A DNA stretch of 64,000 nucleotides from Malacoraja senta (taxonomy: Eukaryota). A program made the translations under genes and the position numbers. Below the pieces are notes generated by a model. It had not been told where the DNA came from and made no database searches. It saw only the letters and a program-made list of their open reading frames with translations. The stretch lies in NCBI GenBank assembly GCA_038087875.1, contig CM075988.1, forward strand, positions 23,686,001 to 23,750,000. Direction: 5' to 3'. This document shows positions 40,696-51,081 of this stretch, in pieces; position 1 is the stretch's first letter; every line of letters starts with the position of its first letter.

Positions 40696-40883
40696 TAGAT
40701 CTGCTGCCTCACAGCACCAGAGATCAAGCTTAGAATCGGATCTTGGGTGCCATCTGTGTAGAGTTTGCATATTCTCCCTGTGACCATGTGGGTTTCCTCC
40801 GGGTGCTCCCACATCCCAAAGACATGCGGATTTGTAGATTAATCGGCTCCTAGTGTGTAGGGCATCGATGAGGAAGTGGGATA

Positions 40884-41521
40884 CTCCGATGACCTCTCTT
40901 GGACCAACAATACCTCAACTCTGGTCAAGAAGGCTCACCAGCGTCTCTTCTTCCTGAGGAGACTAAAGAAGGTCCATCTGTCTCCTCGGATTCTGGTGAA
41001 CTTCTACCGCTGCACCATCGAGAGCATCCTTACCAACTGCATCACAGTATGGTATGGCAACTGCTCTGTCTCCGACCGGAAAGCACTGCAGAGGGTGGTG
41101 AAAATTGCCCAACGCATCACCGGTTCCTCACTCCCCACCATTGAGTCTGTCCAAAGCAAGCGTTGTCTGCGAAGGGCGCTCAGCATCGCCAAGGACTGCT
41201 CTCACCCCAACCACAGACTGTTTACCCTCCTACCATCCGGGAGGCGCTACAGGTCTCTCCGTTGCCGGACCAGCAGGTCCAGGAACAGCTTCTTCCCTGC
41301 GGCGGTTACACTACTCAACACTGTACCTCGGTGACTGCCAATCACACCCCCCCCCCCCCCCCGGACACTCCTCCCACCAGGATTTATTAAATTAGATTTA
41401 TTTATTTACTGCTCATATTTATGTCGCTCTTCTAGGGAGATGTTAACTGCATTTCGTTGTCTCTGTACTGTACACTGCACAATGACAATAAAGTTGAATC
41501 TGAATCTGAATCTGAATCTGA
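40884..41521 (+). mobile_element. Young Rex1/Babar LINE 3' fragment
   Basis: Open ~150 aa ORF (KKAHQRLFFLRRL..FYRCTIESILTNCITVWYG..LLPSGRRYRS..RNSFFP); (TCTGAA)n tail. Confidence 0.9.
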
Positions 41522-42179
41522 ATAACATAGAAGTAGTTTGACCAGGTGATCGATGGTCAATATGGACTCAGTGGGCCGAAGGGCTTAATTCCATGCTGTA
41601 TCTCTAAAACATTAAAGAACAAAAGAATGGCCTGTACTGGAAAGGACATTTGCAGTCATCAAGAAGTTTTAAATTCTACTCGTACATAAAATGCAACTAG
41701 TTAGATATGTACCAATATGAAGGCACACAAAAATGCTGGAGAAACTCAGCGGGTGCAGCAGCATCTATGGAGCGAAGGAAATAGGCAACGTTTCGGGCCG
41801 AAACCCTTCTTCAGACCAATATGATAATGGCCTTATATTATTGGCTTATGGTGAATTTTGAAATATCTTCTTGGTATAGTCATACTCACACATAGAGTAA
41901 TATCCGTGTATTCCAGTACGCTGCCTGATAATTTGTATGCCAACTAAGAAGGCATATGAACGCTCATTTTAACACCATACCTGAAAGGCATCATGTCTGA
42001 TCATGCAGGTATCTCTTACCACTGGATTATTAATTGCCTGGGTTATTAATTCAAGGCATCAGAGAGGGACTTGAATTTACAGCCGTTTGATTCAAGAGGA
42101 CTGTTGCTTGAGGTGAAGCTGCACCTTAACCACTTGCCTAGTAAATCATTTGAGGGGTTCTAATAATGAGTGAGCACTC

Positions 42180-42320
42180 TTCTTCTTCTTCTTTCGTGTG
42201 GCGTGCACAGCCTAAAGTTGTTGGACAACTTGTTCTATTTGATCTTCCGTTTGTGCACGTCGAGTTGATTGCATTAGTCGAAACAGGGCGGACCACGTGA
42301 AGGTTGCAATCTCCCACCCC
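42180..42320 (-). mobile_element. Ribozyme-headed short retroposon, copy 3 (intact HDV-like fold at 42267-42320)
   Basis: TSD agtgagcactc at 42169-42179 and 42322-42332; (TTC)n tail on the plus strand. Confidence 0.85.
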
Positions 42321-45023
42321 AAGTGAGCACTCCAATCCACACAGTTTGTGTGTTCGGCATAAGTACAGGGTTTTGAGGGTTTCTGACTCTGTCTCATCCT
42401 TAACTAATCAGCATTAGAAGCCGAGATTATAGCAGCTAACACAGACTCTTGTTACTTTCCTTGCCGGCTAATTAGTTGAAAGTCCCATTTTTTAATCTGA
42501 TCTCCGTGTAGTTCTTCTTCGGTGCACTCAAGACATCAGGCGAAATGAGAAACTCGTTTGTGTGTGGCTGTAGGCTCTGAGATTAGTCAAGATAGAACGC
42601 AACTGTGTCATTATGCAAATCACTGCAGGGAAATGGATATTCGTGTATTGTTTCAAATTATCCAAAGATCATTTCAGTGGTGAAATCAATTAAACAGGAA
42701 CACCGGTGATTACTCAGCTCTCGCTGTGTCTGCCACAGTCTTACTGAAGATACGAATCAATTAATAATTGAAAAAAAAAATCTACATCTGGTCTTTCTAT
42801 CAACTTTTCCAGAATGATTAAAGAGAAAACTCTGCAGTCTATATATAACTGCAGTTTTTGATGTTGATTTTCAATGCCTTCGGGTCAACAATGTTTGAAC
42901 AATAAATGTTAGCTTATTCTTAATTGTCCATATTTTAAAACTAAATGAACATAGAGAATGACAGTTTCAAATCTACAGCGAGAAAGTCAAGATTCCAGGA
43001 ATCCTGTTTAGTCTAAAGCAGGTAAGTTGGAGGGAAATGAAAACAAATGATTAATTGTGTCAACCAAAGGCAACTACTGCAGAAGAAGGAATTTACAAGA
43101 TTACTAAGGCCCTCCTTAAAGTGTGATAATGCAGAAAATACTGCATTATCAGAGAAGAATGATTCTGCAACATTGAGTAGAATATTACACAAGTAACTAC
43201 CTGAGCCGCTCTTCATAGATCTCTGACCTTCTCAGTCAATGCCAGAGTTCAGGATCTGCTGACCTCATCTCAGCCTCCAAACATCACCTGCCCGAGCTAT
43301 CTCCTGTCCCCTTTTTGCCCTTCTGATTTCCTTCTTAAATCTGCTCCTCAGTTCCCAAAACTCACGCCAGGCTACGTTTGATCCCAGCATCCTATGCCTG
43401 TCCCATGCCTCCTCTTTTTCCTGAGCAGAGCCTCAATTTCTGTTGTCATGCATGCTTCCTAAAGAAGGTGACCCGAAACGCCACCCATTCCTTCTATCCA
43501 GAGATGCTGCCCGTCCCGCTGAGTTACTCCAACATTTTGTGTCTATCTTCCTTAATCCCTCCTGCGTTGCCATTATCTAGTGGCATATGTGCATGCTATT
43601 ATGTGCTTGGATGTGCAACTAAGTCCTGTCGGTGTTTAAATGTGTGCCGGTGTTTGTTATTAGAATACTTTGTGAATCCTCAGTGAAAATTAATGTTTAA
43701 TTGTTGTATTTCCTTATGTTATGTTGTGTTTTTAATTAAATCTCTGTCGCTGTTAAAGTTTCAGCTGATTAGTGTAATGAGAACACAGCAAAATGGAAGC
43801 ATCTCTTTAATGGCCCCATTTCATTTTCTCATCCCCTGACAGGGGGAAGAATTGTACGGTGAGGCGGAATTCAAAGAAAGGAAATCCTTTTATGTTTATT
43901 ATCTTTTTATATTTAAGAAATATAAAAGAAGATACCTAATTTCTGTCAACTGTGAAATAACTAATTGTGAATCCACAAGGGGGTGACAAAGAGAGTCTTT
44001 TGAACGGCGATGTTCCAGAAATTAAATCTCCTACAGACAGTAACATAATGAGTACACAGAGCTCATAATTCACTGCTAACCACACTCATATTGTTCACAA
44101 TATTATGGGAGATTTAAATCTAAATCATTGTTTACCATGCACACACTGATCTTGAAAAGCAAAAGAATGCATTTCATTCTGAAATAACTGTTTTTTCTCT
44201 CCAGCAATAATCTTCAGAATATTTCCAACAGTTTCAGTTTTTGTACAGCACACATTCTTATGTTTGTCGTCAGTCTTAAAATTACAAATCCTTTTAGGGT
44301 TCCTCTCCTTCCCATCCTTGTGACATTTGGCATCACAAGCGCACGGGATTTCTACATTCATTATGGACTATTGTGCATCCGGGATTTTCATGCCTCCACT
44401 ATTGGCAGTTGTGCCTTCAATACCTTGGAGCCCATTATGGAATTTCCTTTGTCGGTATCTCTTTCCTCTCTTATGATGCAGATAAAAATCCACATGCTGA
44501 AAAAATAGTTTGCACAATGGCACAAAGCAGTGGTGCACAGATAACAGTTGTGTTCGTGTGAAATAAGAGCTGTGTGAATGTGGAGTGTCGCAGTGCCAGT
44601 CACTGATATCGATTCTTGGTTTTGGGTGAGATTTTCCATGATTTCCCTTCTTCCAGCATCAAACTTGCCAACTCGTCAGTTTATGTCAAAATTCATGATT
44701 AGTGACAATTATTCAGATATTAATGTTGATGCGAAAAATAATGTTGATTATTCAATCGTTAAGTGAGCCAGTTATTGCTGTCGACAAAAGCACAAAAAAG
44801 TTACTTCATGGGTCTGTTGCACTGAACCAGTATTGATAACCAGACTGATTCTACATGCTGACAGGTCACTTTTAATTGCTCACACTGAAAATTGATTGTT
44901 CTTTGCATCCTCAAACATGTTGCTGCAGTCACTACGAACCCGTAATAGCCCGTCCTCTTCATGGATGTTAAAGAGACCTCTCGGGCACCATGTGCTCATA
45001 GGAATCACATCACAGGAGGCACA

Positions 45024-45077
45024 GGGGTGGGAGATTGCAACCTTCACGTGGTCCGCCCTGTTTCGACGAATGCAATC
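45024..45077 (+). ncRNA. Minimal HDV/CPEB3-like self-cleaving ribozyme (predicted)
   Basis: P1 GGGGUGG/CCGCCCU (G1-U wobble), P2 GAUUGCA/UGCAAUC, P3 ACC/GGU, L3 UUCACGU, J4/2 CGAA with the catalytic C at 45067. Confidence 0.8.
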
Positions 45078-45164
45078 AACCTGGCGTGCACAATCAAATA
45101 AGATCAAATAGAACAAGTTGTCCTACAACTTTAGGCTGTGCACGCCATACGCAAGAAGAAGAAG
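45024..45164 (+). mobile_element. Ribozyme-headed short retroposon, copy 4
   Basis: TSD acaggaggca(c/t)a at 45012-45023 and 45165-45176; (GAA)n tail. Confidence 0.85.
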
Positions 45165-45659
45165 ACAGGAGGCATACAAGAGAGAAGGCATCACCTTGCC
45201 TACCTGAGAATCAATGGGCGCCAAGCTCTTATCCACAGACTATGCACAAAGTATTACTCCACTGTGCCTTAAGAAATCTGGAGTAAAGCTTCATGCACAT
45301 GCCTGCATTGCTCTCACAGTTGAGCTCAAGCTAATCCATCCTTGCGTTGTTGATGGCTGCTGCATTAGACAGGTCTAATCAACACTTTATCCCACAAGTT
45401 GAGACATCTTCTACTTCGCCATCAGTCCGCAGGAGCAGGCAGGACACTAGGATTTTCTGACATTGCAGGTCTCCCAAAATTGCTTATTGACTGCCCCTCA
45501 TGTGGTCATTGCAACTCCCATTCTCAACAGACAAATGTTAGAGAAATGCATTCTGTCAATATGTATAACAGTAGAGCATCAGAGGATTGTTCTAATGGTT
45601 AATTCTAAGTATGTAGGCCAAGTTTTGGGAGCTAGTGAGTATCACCATCACAGTTAGTG

Positions 45660-46300
45660 AGGATACATGACAAAACATCCTCCAGAATAATGCTCAGCAC
45701 CTCACACAAGGATGCGTTCTCAGCCCCTTACTATACACCCGATACACTCACAACTTTGTGGCCAAATTCTGCTCTAACTCCATTTACAACTTTGCGGATG
45801 ACACCACTGAATCTGAAACAACGACGAGACGGAGTACGGGAAGGAGATAGAGAGACATGGTGTCATGACAACAACCCATCCCTCAATGTCAGCAAGACAA
45901 AGGAGCTAGTTATTGACTTAAGGAGGCTTGTTGGAGTACATGGCCCAATCTGCATCGATGGTGTTAAAGTGGAAATGGGCAAGAGCTTCAAGTTCCAAAA
46001 TGTAAATATCACCAACAATCTGTCCGAGAGGAACCACGTTGACACAACAACCAAAAAAGCACACAATGCCTCTACTTCCTCAAAGTACTAATGAGGTTTG
46101 GTATGTCCCCATCAATTATTATCAACTTCTAGATGCACCATGCGAAGCATACTATCGTGTTGCATCACAGCTTGGTTTAGAAACAGTTCCACCCAAGACC
46201 GCAAGAAATTGCGGATTCACACAGACCAGACTCCCCACCACCGACTCCAACTACATTGCATGCTGCCTTGGGAAGGCAGCCTTTCCGATCAAAGACCAAT
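45660..46300 (+). mobile_element. Degenerate Rex1-like LINE fragment
   Basis: FADDT..WCHDNN.SLNVSKTKELVID motifs, frameshifted. Confidence 0.75.
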
Positions 46301-46486
46301 TTAGAAATGCTTGCAGCAAAATGTATTAATGGTTATTTAGAATAATAACAATACAAAGTAAAAGGGTTATGCAAGCCTGAAGGGTTAACAACAATCTCTT
46401 CTTGATTTAAAGGCAGCAGCTGCACATGGTTATTGTTTCACTTGATCAATAAGTACTCTGTCAAAATTGCACCAAGCCTGTTATAG

Positions 46487-47915
46487 TCATAGAATGATAC
46501 AATGTGGAAACAGGCCCTTCGACCCAACGTGCCCACACCGGCCAACAATGTCCCAGCTACACTAGTCCCACCTGCCTGCACTTAGTCCATATACCTCCAA
46601 ACCTGTCCGATCCATGTACCTGTCTAACTGTTTCTTAAACAATGGGATAGTCCCAGCCTCAACTACCTCCTCTGGCAGCTTGTTCCATACACCCACCAAC
46701 CTTTGTGTGAAGAAGTTACCCCTCGGATTCCTATAAATCTTTTCACCTTGAACCTATGTCCTCTGGTCCTCGATTCCCCTACTCTGGGCAAGAGACTCTG
46801 TGCATCTACCCAATCTATTACTCTTGTGATTTTGTACACCTCTATAAGATCTCCCCTCATCCTCCTGTGCTCCAAGGAATAGAGACCCAGCCTGCTCAAC
46901 CTCTCGGAGGTAGACACAAAATGCTGGAGCAACTCAGCGGGACAGACAGTTTCGGGTTGAGACCCTTCTTCAGACTTTCCTACTACTTAACCTCTCCCTA
47001 TAGCTCACACCCTCTAGTCCTGGCAACATCCTCGTAAATCTTTTTTGAACCTTTTCAAGCTTGACAATAACTTTCCTATAACATGCCCAGACTGAACACA
47101 ATATTCTAAATGCGGTCTCACCAACGTCTTATACAACTGCAACATGACCCCCCAACTTCTATACTCTGACTGATGAAGACCAATGGGCTAAAAGCCTTTT
47201 TGACCATGCTATCTACCTGCGATTCGACCTTCAAGGAACCATGCACCTGTACTCCTAGATCCCTCTGCTCTACAACACTCCCCAGAGGCCTGTCATTTAC
47301 TGTGTAGGTCCTGCCCATGTTAGACGTCCCAAAATGCAACACCTCACACTTCTCTATATTAAATTCCATTAACCATTCCTCAGCCCACCTGGCCAATCGA
47401 TCCAGATCCTGCTGCAATTGTTCACAACCACCTTCACTATCTGCGAAACCACTCACTTTTGTATCATCAGCAAGCTTGCTAATTTTGCCCTGTATGTTCT
47501 CATCCAAATCATTGATGTAGATGACAAACAGTAATGGGCCCAGCACTGAACCCTGAGTCACACCACTAGTCTCAGGCCTCCAATCCGAGAAGCAACCTTC
47601 ACCCTCTGCTTCCTTCCATGGAGCCAATTTGCTATCCATTTGCTATCTCTCCTTGGATCCCATGCGATCTAACCTTACAGAGCAGCCTACCATGCGGAAC
47701 CTTGTTGAATGTCTTACTGAAGTCCATGTACACAACATCTACAGCTCTGCCCTCATCAGATTTGTAAGACATGACCTCCCACATACAAAACCATGCTGAC
47801 TATCCCTAATCAGCCCTTGCTCATCCAAATGCCTGCATAACCTATCCCTCAGAATACTCTCGAGTATCTTTCCAACTACACATGGTAAGCTCACCAGCCT
47901 ATATAATTTCCAGCT
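46487..47915 (-). mobile_element. CR1 LINE RT and 3' end, with a Penelope-derived insert at ~46908-46975
   Basis: GVTQGSVLGPLLFVIYINDLD, ADDTK, QHGFVCGRSCLTNL. Confidence 0.92.
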
Positions 47916-47918
47916 TTT

Positions 47919-49643
47919 TACTAATCGCAAAGGGACAGGCAGGCCAAGGAAGACCTTCACAGCTGATGACAGAAGAATTCTCCTTATAATAAAGAAAAAT
48001 CCCCAAATGCCAGCCAGTAAAGCAACAAAGTAGGTATGTTACAATACTTACCTTCAGCGGCGCTGCAATTCTGCCACTGGCCGTGTGCGCGATTTTGGCG
48101 CCTTTAAGGGGGGCGGGGTTAAAACGCGGGCTTCTCCTACCTTGTCTTGGTTAATATTTCGTTGGAGTGCAAGCGTTTGCTGAAAAATCGTTCCGACGGG
48201 CGTTTTGTGTATTTTTTATTTTTATTCGATCGACAATGTCAGCGCTGGAGTCATTTTAAAATCAGCTTCTGAAGCAGTCAACGCCGACAACGGGGACGGA
48301 TTTCACACACGGGACAGGTAAACGAAAGTAGTTTATTTTAATGTGTAAAAGTGCTTCTTAAGAAGCCTTTAATTCACATTTTTTAATGCGAAACGGTAAT
48401 TCTTTTCCCCGAACTAACGGCAGAATTTTTCATGCCGATACGGGGTTAAATTCACCGCAAATCAACGTTCCAATTGATCGCGTTCCAGAAAACCCCATTC
48501 GCAAGATTATTTAAATGCCCATTAATTTACAGGTATTAAACATTAAATTCCTTCCATTTGGCCTGTAAATCCATGACAATGAGATTTAAAAATTATGTTA
48601 TATTGTGAATTCTTGTGTGAATGTTATTTGGACACTTAAGGCTATTTAAAAATGTTAATCTATTCTTAAGAAATAGATAGATGTTTAGATCTAGTAATTG
48701 AAATTTGTAATTAGCTACAATTAGGTAACTAACTAATTATATGCTTTAATTTCATGTCATCTAAGTAAGATTGTTTCATATTTGTTTCAGAATGCTTCAA
48801 TCTATAATAACTGAAAATTTATTTCAGTTCTCTTAATTTTTAAGAAAGTTATGGGCTTTTGACTGTCCTCGATCACAGCTTTTGTGTTAAGTCAATGGAA
48901 AAGCAATAGGGAACAAGATGCTAATTTCCGAGTATGAAAATGGCCATGACTTATTTAATGCTGAAGATATGAAAGTGAATTAGGTGTCAAATTCAACTTC
49001 ATTTTATGCTTTATCTGATGGGATAAATTACAGACTTTATTTTTTAAATCTCAATTTTTTTGTAACATTGCTAAACAAAGGAGTTTTTCAAAGCTAAAAA
49101 ATGGTCAATTCTTGAGTGGCCAAGTCAATCACCCAATCTGAACGCAATTGAGCATGTCTTTCATATGCTGAAGAGAAAACTGAAGGGACTAGCCCCCAAA
49201 ACAAGCATAAACTAAAGATGGCTGCAAATTCCTTGTATCTTGCAAAACATACTTGGCTAATAAAGTATGATTATGATGATGATTATGATTATGATACAGG
49301 CCTGGCAGAGCATCACCAGAGAAGACACCCAGCAACTGGTGATGTCCATGAATCACAGACTTCAAGCAGTCATTGCATGCAAAGGATATGCAACAAAATA
49401 CTAAACATGACTACTTTCATTTACATGACATTGCTGTGTCCCAAACATTATGGTGCCCTGAAATGGGGGGGACTATGTATAAACACTGCTGTAATTTCTA
49501 CATGGTGAAACCAAAATGTATAAAAATAGCCTTTATTAAAATCTGACAATGTGCACTTTAACCACATGTAATTTTTTTTTCTATTACAAATCTCAAATTG
49601 TGGAGAACAGAGGGAAATAAATAAATGATGGGTCTTTGTCCCA
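47919..49643 (+). mobile_element. Internally deleted Tc1/mariner transposon with nested insertions
   Basis: GRPRK motif at ~47938; WPSQSPNLNAIEH (Tc1 WPSQSPDLNPIE) at ~49117; Tc1-like 3' sequence with a repeated ttgtccca/tgtcccaa motif. Confidence 0.85.
48031..49073. mobile_element. Non-autonomous DNA transposon (1043 bp) inside the Tc1 copy
   Basis: Imperfect 14 bp TIRs TAGGTATGTTACAA / TTGTAACATTGCTA; flanking direct repeat aacaaag. Confidence 0.75.
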
Positions 49644-51042
49644 TCCCAGGGACTGCCGATCGTGAGAAACATTATCAGTGAAAGTTTCAGAGTGAAACAG
49701 CAATGTAAAATGTTCACTTCTGAATGTTTCATCTTGCACAGTGCGTATATTTCCACCTGGCAAGCTCTTCACAAACGGGCCAACAGATATGGCATGTGAC
49801 CGTACCCAGCTCAGTGCTGCAAAATAAGCCATCTCCTGGCAGCTGCAAGAAGACTACTGCAAAGGAAGGAGTATGCAGAGGGTGCAAATGTCAACAAAAC
49901 AGTCTTTGCAAGAATCAACCTATATCAATCTTGTGAGATTATAACATAGTTTGTCTGTAACTCGTTTTCACATTGCCCACAACTAACATTGGCCCGTTTC
50001 CTTTATCAGCGTTACTTTTTTGCATATCTTTCATTCATTTGTTCTATATCACCGTCTATATCTCTCGTTTTCCTTTCCCCTGACTGTCAGTCTGAAAAAG
50101 GGTCTCGACCCAACACATCACCTATTCCTTTTCTCCAGAGATGCTGTCTGACCCGCTGAGTTACTCCAGCTTTTTGTGTCTATCTTTGGTTATAATGTAC
50201 CAAACAAATCATTGTGTCCCAGCACTATACATCACCCTGCAAAACCCCAATAACCTCAGCCTCATCAACCAAACGTGACCATTTATTCCTACTGTTTTCT
50301 CTATTAACCAATTCACTTCCACACCAACATAATTGTATTTAATTATTGCCTATGTGATTCATTATCAAGTCCTTTTGAAGGTCTAAATGGACCACATCAA
50401 CTAGCCCACCATATCTATATTGCTAGTTCCAATTTAAAAAATCTCTCACAGATTTTGAAACATGGAGAGACACAAAATGCTGGAGTAACTCAGCGGGACA
50501 GGCAGCACCTCTGGAGAGAAGGAATGGGTAACGTTTCAGGTCGAGACCCTTCTTCAGACTGTTACAGGCTTCCCTTTCCCCTGACTCTCAGTCTGAAGAA
50601 GGGTCTCGACCGGAAACATGGAGTTCCTTTCATAAATCTTCGATGACGGCCCAACATTTTAATTATTTTCTTATTTGCACTTTACCATTTTGTTAACAAT
50701 AGATTCCAGTGTTTTCGCTACTACTGATATCAGACTAACTCTGCTGGTCGTGAAGTATCTGGGTGTATTTTGAAGTTGTACAGGATGCTAAATGTTTCCT
50801 GATTTGACCTGCTGCTGACAATGGGATTGGCTAAAATATATATTCATTATGCAATCAAGAAATTAAAAAAAGGGAAAATTCACAATATTTAAATTCGACA
50901 AACAGGAAGGTTGTCACGAGTTCAAAAAAATCAGATATGCGAATTGAGTAGCACTTCTGCATTCTCAAAGTTGACATCAATACATTAATGAAACTCTCTG
51001 TGAGTTGCCACCTCTTCAACACAGTTGAATGCCTTGATATAA

Positions 51043-51081
51043 ATGTCAGCAATGAGGTTTGACGTGATTGACTTCTATACT
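51043..51081 (+). CDS. CXCR5: CXCR5 first coding exon (MSAMRFDVIDFYT)
   Basis: 39 nt from ATG to a |GTAAGT donor, phase 0. Joins in frame to the acceptor at 55719, the usual short first exon of CXCR genes. Confidence 0.7.

Larger units (their letters stand above)
40316..41610 (+). mobile_element. HE1-like tRNA-derived V-SINE split by two nested insertions
   Basis: Head gggcggtacaggcgc..., V-domain tgtgtagagtttgcatattctcc...gtgggtttcctccgggtgctcc, CR1-type tail gggccgaagggc..gctgtatctctaaa. Confidence 0.7.

Noticed and set aside
48044..48053. ATACTTACCT, matching the U1 snRNA 5' end (similar at ~38878)
   Set aside because: Match stops after ~10 nt; no U1 body follows.
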